Notes under the pieces: model-generated
What the model was told of the DNA's origin: nothing
What the model saw: only the letters and a program-made list of their open reading frames with translations
The model's database searches: none
Origin: an uncultured Acidobacteriota bacterium
GTDB taxonomy: Bacteria > Acidobacteriota > Vicinamibacteria > Vicinamibacterales > CAVVIG01
Direction: 5' to 3'
DNA: 64,000 nucleotides
Assembly: GCA_963794705.1 (NCBI GenBank)
Contig: CAWCFI010000003.1
Coordinates: 519,531-583,530, forward strand
Made by a program: the position numbers and the translations under genes
Shown: positions 58,864-64,000 of the stretch, piece by piece
How the letters are laid out: every line of letters starts with the position of its first letter
Position numbering within the stretch: the stretch's first letter is position 1

Positions 58864-59849
58864 GCCATGCCGTCGGGGCCGGTGCCGGTCTGGATCTTCT
58901 TCGTCACCTGCCAGGTCTTGAGATCGATCACGGCGACGAAGTTGTCGCCGTTCACGGCGACGTAGGCCAGGCCGCCGGCCGGCGGCATCAGGATGCCCTC
59001 CGGCGACTTGCCGACCGGAATGTGCGCGATCACCTTGCGGGCCGGCGCGTCGAGCACGACCACCTCGCCGGTGTCGATGTCCGACACCAGCGCGAACTTC
59101 CCGTCGGGCGTCAGCTTGATGCGGTTCGATCGCTTGGTGCCGATGGCGATCGTCTGGACGACCTTCCTCGCCCTGGTGTCGATCACCGACACGCCGCCAT
59201 CGCGCGAGTGCGCGCTCCAGATCTCGCGGCCGTTCGGCGACAGGTCGATGCCTTCCGGTCCCTTCCCCACCGGGATGACCGTCTGCGTCCAGACGCCGTT
59301 CACGCCCTGCTGGATCGCCGACACGCTGTCGCTGCCGATGTTGGAGGTGTAGACGTTCATCGCGTCCCTCGTCGCCAGCACCATATGGGTCGTCGTTTGG
59401 CCGGTCTCGAACTGCCACTCGATCCGATCGCGGGTGGGATCGTAGCGCACGACCTTCTTGTCAGCCTCCGCGGTGATGTAGAGCTTGCCGTTGAGGAAGG
59501 CGAGGCCGTGCGGCCGCGACAGCGGCGCGACGTCAACGCGCCGCAGCTCCTTCTGGGCGGCGATGTCGATCATCGAGATGGTGTGTCCCGGGGCCGGACC
59601 GGTGCCGTAGTTGCTCGCGAACGCCAGCTTGCCGTCCGAGGACGTCACGAGCTCGTGCGGTCCCTGACCGACCGGGACGCGGCCCAGGACGGTGCCGCTC
59701 GCGGGATCGACAATCGCCAGGTCCGCGTCGTCCTTGTTCAGCACGAGCAGGCGAGCCGTGCCGGTTCGCTGGGCGTTCGTCACACTCCCCGCCGCTATTG
59801 CCAGACACACCGTGGTCATCGCCAGCAGAGTTCGTGTGCGCATCGTCAT
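58851..59849 (-). CDS. YVTN-family beta-propeller repeat protein, secreted
   Basis: Signal MTMRTRTLLAMTTVCLAIAAGSVTNAQ. Repeated G.GP.G(I/L/M) blades (VGQGPHELV, RPHGLAF, VGKGPEGIDLSPNG, VGKSPEGILM, TGTGPDGMAW). Confidence 0.8.
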   Translation of the reverse strand: MTMRTRTLLAMTTVCLAIAAGSVTNAQRTGTARLLVLNKDDADLAIVDPASGTVLGRVPVGQGPHELVTSSDGKLAFASNYGTGPAPGHTISMIDIAAQKELRRVDVAPLSRPHGLAFLNGKLYITAEADKKVVRYDPTRDRIEWQFETGQTTTHMVLATRDAMNVYTSNIGSDSVSAIQQGVNGVWTQTVIPVGKGPEGIDLSPNGREIWSAHSRDGGVSVIDTRARKVVQTIAIGTKRSNRIKLTPDGKFALVSDIDTGEVVVLDAPARKVIAHIPVGKSPEGILMPPAGGLAYVAVNGDNFVAVIDLKTWQVTKKIQTGTGPDGMAWIP

Positions 59850-59917
59850 CCTCGGATTGTATGCAGAGTTTCCGGCTGCGAGCTCGCCGATCATACAACG
59901 TGGTCTATCATGGCGCC

Positions 59918-61075
59918 GTGCCCAGCGTCGAACTTCATCAGGATCTGCGCCACGCGGTCCGCGATCTGTGCAGGGCCTTTCCCGACAGCTATTGGCGGGA
60001 GCTCGACGCCGCCCGCGCGTATCCCGACGCCTTCGTCAAGGCGGTGACCGACGCGGGATATCTCGCGGCGCTAATCCCGGAGGAATACGGCGGCGCTGGT
60101 CTGGGTATCGGCGACGCGGCGATCATCCTCGAGGAAATCAACCGCAGCGGCGGCAACGCCGGCGCCTGCCATGCGCAGATGTATACGATGGGCACCCTGC
60201 TGCGGCACGGCTCCGAGGCGCAGAAGCGTGAGTTCCTGCCGAAGATCGCCACGGGCGCGCTGCGGCTGCAGGCCTTCGGCGTCACCGAGCCGACCACCGG
60301 ATCCGACACGACGCAGTTGAAGACGACGGCGACCAGACAGGGCGACCGCTATATCGTCCGCGGGCAGAAAGTCTGGATCTCGCGCGCGGAGCACTCGGAT
60401 CTGCTGCTGTTGGTCGTCCGGACCACGCCGATCGAGCAGGTGAAGAAACGCACCGAGGGCCTGTCGATCCTCCTGATCGATCTGCGCGAAGCGGTCGGCC
60501 ACGGCCTCACCATCCGTCCGATCCGCACGATGATGAACCACGCGACCACCGAGCTGTTCTTCGACGATCTCGAGGTGCCGGCGTCGACGCTGGTCGGGGA
60601 GGAGGGCAGGGGCTTCCGCTACCTGCTCGACGGGCTGAACGCAGAGCGCATCCTGATCGCCGCCGAGTGCGTCGGCGACGGCCGCTGGTTCATCGACAAG
60701 GCCACGCGTTACGCCCGGGAGCGGATCGTCTTCAACCGGCCGATCGGCCAGAACCAGGGCGTGCAGTTTCCGATCGCGCGGGCGCACGTCAACGTGGAGG
60801 CGGCCGACCTGATGCGGATCAAGGCGGCGGAGATGTTCGATCGCGGCGAGGCGTGCGGCAGCGAGGCGAACATGGCCAAGCTGCTCGCCGCCGACGCGTC
60901 GTGGGAGGCCGCCAACGTCGCGGTCCAGACCCACGGCGGCTTCGGCTTCGCGGAGGACTACGACATCGAGCGCAAGTTCCGCGAGACGCGGCTCTATCAG
61001 GTGGCGCCGATCTCGACCAACCTGATCCTCGCCTATGTCGCGGAACACGTGCTTGGTCTGCCGCGATCGTACTGA
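59918..61075 (+). CDS. Acyl-CoA dehydrogenase
   Basis: GTG at 59918. FGVTEPTTGSDT, ...VQTHGGFGFAEDYDIERKFRETRLYQVAPISTN. Confidence 0.88.
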   Translation: MPSVELHQDLRHAVRDLCRAFPDSYWRELDAARAYPDAFVKAVTDAGYLAALIPEEYGGAGLGIGDAAIILEEINRSGGNAGACHAQMYTMGTLLRHGSEAQKREFLPKIATGALRLQAFGVTEPTTGSDTTQLKTTATRQGDRYIVRGQKVWISRAEHSDLLLLVVRTTPIEQVKKRTEGLSILLIDLREAVGHGLTIRPIRTMMNHATTELFFDDLEVPASTLVGEEGRGFRYLLDGLNAERILIAAECVGDGRWFIDKATRYARERIVFNRPIGQNQGVQFPIARAHVNVEAADLMRIKAAEMFDRGEACGSEANMAKLLAADASWEAANVAVQTHGGFGFAEDYDIERKFRETRLYQVAPISTNLILAYVAEHVLGLPRSY

Positions 61076-61076
61076 G

Positions 61077-61131
61077 GGCGGACCTGAAGGTCCGCACTAC
61101 ATCTGTCGTAGTGCAGGCCTTCAGGCCTGCC
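61077..61131. repeat. REPIN-like inverted REP doublet
   Basis: GGCGGACCTGAAGGTCCGCACTAC, 7 nt, GTAGTGCAGGCCTTCAGGCCTGCC. Confidence 0.85.
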
Positions 61132-61141
61132 GAAACACACC

Positions 61142-62317
61142 ATGCTCCCGCTGAACGGCATCACCGTCGTCTCGATCGAACAGGCCGTGGCCGCGCCATT
61201 CGCGACGCGTCAGCTGGCCGATCTCGGGGCGCGCGTGATCAAGATCGAGCGGCCTGACGGCGGCGACTTCGCCCGAGGTTACGACACCAAAGTCCGAGGA
61301 CTGTCGAGTTACTTCGTCTGGCTGAATCGATCGAAGGAATCGCTCACGCTCGACCTCAAGCGCCCGGAGTGCGCCGACGTGCTCGCGCGGCTCCTCGCCC
61401 GCGCAGACGTGTTCGTTCAGAACCTGGCCCCCGGCGCCGCGGAGCGCCTTGGCACGGCATCGTCGACGCTGCGCCAGGCGCATCCCCGACTGATCATCTG
61501 CAACGTGTCGGGCTACGGATCGACCGGTCCATACGCGCGGAAGAAGGCCTACGATCTGCTGGTGCAGAGCGAAGTCGGGCTGCTGTCGATCACCGGCGAC
61601 GATGCGCCGGCCAAGGTCGGCATCTCGGTGGCCGACATCGCGGCCGGCATGTACGCGTATTCAGGGATCCTCACGGCGCTGCTGTCGCGGACCGCGACCG
61701 GCCAGGGATGCTCGCTCGACATCTCGCTGTTCGACGCGCTCGGCGAGTGGATGGGCCAGCCCGCGTACTACGCGGCGTACGGCGGGACCGCGCCGCCGCG
61801 GACCGGATCGAACCACGCGTCGATCGCCCCGTACGGACCGTTTCGCGCGGGCGACGGCGGAGCGCTCATGCTCGGCATCCAGAACGCCCGCGAATGGACG
61901 CGCTTCTGTCGCGACGTGCTGGGTCGCGGCGAGTTGGCCGACGACGAGCGGTTCAATTCCAACAGCCGGCGCGTGGAACATCGGCTGGCGCTCCACGCCG
62001 CGATCGAGTCGGTGTTCGCCACGCTCACCGCCGGCGAAGTAGTCGAGCGCTTAGAATCGGCCGGCATCGCGTGCGCCCGGATGAATTCGGTGGGCGAGTT
62101 CCTCGATCATCCGCAGCTTGCCGACCGCGGCGTGTGGCGCGAGATCGGCTCCCCCGCCGGTCCGCTGCGCGCCATGATCCCGCCGGTCAGGATGGAGGGG
62201 GTCGAGCCGGCGATGGGCGACATCCCGGCGCTCGGCCAGCACACCGACGCGATTCTCGAAGAACTGAACGTCTCGCGCGACACGATCGCGGCGTGGCGGA
62301 AAGAGGGAGCGATCTGA
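61142..62317 (+). CDS. Family III (CaiB/BaiF) CoA-transferase
   Basis: 391 aa. LNGITVVSIEQAVAAPFATRQLADLGARVIKIERP. Confidence 0.88.
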   Translation: MLPLNGITVVSIEQAVAAPFATRQLADLGARVIKIERPDGGDFARGYDTKVRGLSSYFVWLNRSKESLTLDLKRPECADVLARLLARADVFVQNLAPGAAERLGTASSTLRQAHPRLIICNVSGYGSTGPYARKKAYDLLVQSEVGLLSITGDDAPAKVGISVADIAAGMYAYSGILTALLSRTATGQGCSLDISLFDALGEWMGQPAYYAAYGGTAPPRTGSNHASIAPYGPFRAGDGGALMLGIQNAREWTRFCRDVLGRGELADDERFNSNSRRVEHRLALHAAIESVFATLTAGEVVERLESAGIACARMNSVGEFLDHPQLADRGVWREIGSPAGPLRAMIPPVRMEGVEPAMGDIPALGQHTDAILEELNVSRDTIAAWRKEGAI

Positions 62318-62808
62318 TGGCGATCAAACCAGGCTGGACCGGACGGGTGTTCGAGGACTTCACGGTCGGCGACGTCTACGAGCATCCGCTGGGCCGCACG
62401 ATCCTCGACGCCGACAACGTCTGGTTCACCTGCCTGACGATGAACACCAACCCGATTCATTTCGACGGCGAGTACGCCAGGCAGACGGAGTTCAAGCGAC
62501 GGCTGGTCAATTCCTGTTTCACGCTGTCGCTGGTCACCGGCCAGTCGGTGACCGACCTGACCATGAACGGCGTCGCCAACCTGGGGTGGGACGAGGTCCG
62601 GCTGCCCCACCCGCTGTTCGAAGGCGACACGGTCTATTCACGCAGCGAGGTGCTCGAGACCCGCGAGTCGAAATCACGCCCGCACGTGGGGATCGTCCGG
62701 GTCAGGACGACCGGCGTCAATCAGGACAAGACTCCGGTCATCGAATTCACGCGCACGTTCATGGTCTGGAAACGCGGCCACGTGCCGGTGTCACCTTCAC
62801 GAACGTAG
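62317..62808 (+). CDS. MaoC-like (R)-specific enoyl-CoA hydratase/dehydratase
   Basis: ATGA-type overlap (TGATG) with the CoA-transferase gene. MAIKPGWTGRVFEDFTVGDVYEHPLGRTI...TMNTNPIHFD hot-dog fold text. Confidence 0.82.
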   Translation: MAIKPGWTGRVFEDFTVGDVYEHPLGRTILDADNVWFTCLTMNTNPIHFDGEYARQTEFKRRLVNSCFTLSLVTGQSVTDLTMNGVANLGWDEVRLPHPLFEGDTVYSRSEVLETRESKSRPHVGIVRVRTTGVNQDKTPVIEFTRTFMVWKRGHVPVSPSRT

Positions 62809-62905
62809 GGCGGGTCCTTTTGGACCCGCCGCCGGGTGCCAAAGGACCCGGGACCCGCCGCATCGCCATCGACGCCCATGAGTAGTGCAGGCCTTCAGGC
62901 CTGCC
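62805..62905. repeat. REP variants upstream of the RAYT gene
   Basis: GTAGG-GCGGGTCC-TTTT-GGACCCGC-C (62805..62830; the MaoC TAG stop lies in the head). CCGGGTGCC-AAA-GGACCCGG. GTAGTGCAGGCCTTCAGGCCTGCC (62882..62905). Confidence 0.8.
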
Positions 62906-62925
62906 CTTTGCAATCGTGCCTCCGC

Positions 62926-63438
62926 ATGATCACCAATCGACCGAAGCGACTGAGGGGCGTGAGCTATGTCGGGATGCAGCGATATTTCGTCACCACCTGT
63001 ACCGCATTCCGAACTCCAACCTTCACGGACGCAACCGTCGCAGAAAACGCCATCGCTCTAATTTTGAAATCAGCCGCCAGCCACGGTTTCGCAATTGTCG
63101 CGTATTGCGTGATGCCCGACCACGTTCACCTGCTGGTGGCGGGAGAACGTGAGGACGCGGATCTTGGCAGGTTCGTGAAACACACCAAGCAAGTCACCGG
63201 GTTCGCCCATAGTCAGTCAAAGCACGCAGAGCTCTGGCAGCCCGGCTACCACGAGCGCGTTCTTCGCGACGAAGAGGCCACCCTGACCGTCGCACGGTAC
63301 ATTCTGGAGAATCCAGTGCGCGCTGGCCTCGCCGAAACTCTCGGAGAATGGCCGCATGCCGGCTCCGGCGTCTATACGTGGCCAGAACTCATGACCGCAT
63401 GGGAAGAGAATGCACCGTCATGGGAAAGGCAGACCTAA
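62926..63438 (+). CDS. REP-associated tyrosine transposase (RAYT; IS200/IS605 Y1 HUH family)
   Basis: 170 aa from MITNRPKRLRGVSYVGMQRYFVTTCT. HUH motif MPDHVHLLV. Catalytic-Tyr helix TVARYILENPVRAGL. The stop TAA lies in a REP loop. Confidence 0.8.
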   Translation: MITNRPKRLRGVSYVGMQRYFVTTCTAFRTPTFTDATVAENAIALILKSAASHGFAIVAYCVMPDHVHLLVAGEREDADLGRFVKHTKQVTGFAHSQSKHAELWQPGYHERVLRDEEATLTVARYILENPVRAGLAETLGEWPHAGSGVYTWPELMTAWEENAPSWERQT

Positions 63439-63563
63439 AGGTCTGCACTACTGCCGCCGGCTGGCGGGAAGCAGACCTAAAGGTCTGCACTACTAGCGTG
63501 GCGGGCAGACCTGAAGGTCTGCACTACTGCCGCACACAAGTAGTGCAGGCCTTCAGGCCTGCC
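63428..63563. repeat. REP array: three direct GCAGACC-type copies plus one inverted GCAGGCC-type copy
   Basis: 63428..63451, 63470..63493 and 63504..63527 (G/AGCAGACCT(A/G)AAGGTCTGCACTAC). 63540..63563 (GTAGTGCAGGCCTTCAGGCCTGCC). Confidence 0.9.
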
Positions 63564-64000
63564 TGAGCTCGAACAACGGCGTAACCGTCCGCACATCCGC
63601 GACGTCGTCAATGCCGCGCAGGGCCGCGAGCGCGGCGGCAGCCTGTGGCGGCGAGAGGGTTTGCGTCGCGCACGAGGTGAACTTGACCGCCAGCTGCTCG
63701 TCGCTGGCGGGACGGTCGGGATATCCGCGCGCGCCGTTGGCCGCCGCGTTCAGCACGCGTCCGTCGCGCAGGCGGACCGTGACGCGCGCCTGCGTCAGCG
63801 AGGGCGCGGCCGCATCCAGCGTGGGATCGACGCGCATCGGTCACGCGTGACTGCAACGACAGGATCTCCGGGTCGTGCAGCGCGGCCGCGTCGAACGTCT
63901 CCATCCCGACCCGCCCGCGGACGATCGCCGCCGCGGCGCAGAACGGCATGCTGAACTTGCCTTCCAGCCCGCTCGACGGGCGGTCATAAAGCAGGATGGT
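63553..64000 (-). pseudogene. MmgE/PrpD family protein, C-terminal part (runs off the window), one frameshift near 63840
   Basis: FSMPFCAAAAIVRGRVGMETFDAAALHDPEILSLQSRVT, then MRVDPTLDAAAPSLTQARVTVRLRDGRVLNAAANGARGYPDRPASDEQLAVKF in the adjacent frame. Confidence 0.7.

Larger units (their letters stand above)
62805..63563 (+). mobile_element. RAYT gene with flanking REP arrays (REP/RAYT locus)
   Basis: Three REP-type hairpins lie upstream and four downstream. The downstream set is three direct copies plus one inverted. Confidence 0.7.

Noticed and set aside
63428-63563. A possible CRISPR array: regularly spaced palindromic 24-mers. The same question applies to 24703..24887.
   Set aside because: The spacers are only 10 to 19 nt and irregular, and one copy is inverted. 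The same element is dispersed singly and as inverted doublets across the window. No cas genes are present. An adjacent Y1 transposase identifies the elements as REPs.

Overview
This is a GC-rich 64 kb chromosomal segment. The gene content includes PadR, PEGA, CHRD, a BNR/sortilin-like protein, DPP-IV, many exported hydrolases and PQQ enzymes. That mix suggests a soil Acidobacteriota-like organism, but this is inference only. I can support about 56 protein-coding loci. I saw no rRNA, tRNA, CRISPR array, integrase or prophage. Recognisable content: clpS-clpA, a PadR unit, an Lhr helicase, a CobB-type sirtuin, pssA, an MFS exporter and an ABC-2 exporter with a YVTN propeller. There are also three paralogous soluble PQQ dehydrogenases, three exported amidohydrolases, S9, M28 and HtrA peptidases, two two-component systems, and an acyl-CoA DH / CoA-transferase / MaoC / PrpD cluster. 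Main hunt results follow. (1) A REP-associated tyrosine transposase (RAYT) gene sits inside arrays of a 24-nt GTAG-plus-hairpin REP element. The same element is scattered through the window with compensatory stem variants. (2) Four tandem 36-nt REP-derived units are translated in frame inside lhr. Two 1-nt deletions in one unit explain the apparent split of the gene. (3) A second repeat class of heptanucleotide tandem arrays occurs in intergenic regions, in frame inside lhr, and as a phased Shine-Dalgarno array. (4) An in-frame TGA sits at the redox motif WASW-U-GC of a Tat-exported thioredoxin-fold protein, making it a candidate selenoprotein. (5) A translationally coupled operon encodes a haem-c domain fused to a PHM/DBH-like two-copper monooxygenase scaffold, an unknown secreted protein, a cupin and an N-terminal-haem quinohaemoprotein. 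A tetrahaem cytochrome is encoded divergently. This operon is my best candidate for an undescribed system. (6) A triad-dead HtrA paralog, an orphan LuxR regulator and an active HtrA form a cassette bracketed by AT-rich dyads. (7) Frameshifts are strongly clustered in a few blocks while 17 kb elsewhere has none. All product calls are motif-level readings of the supplied translations. No database search was run.
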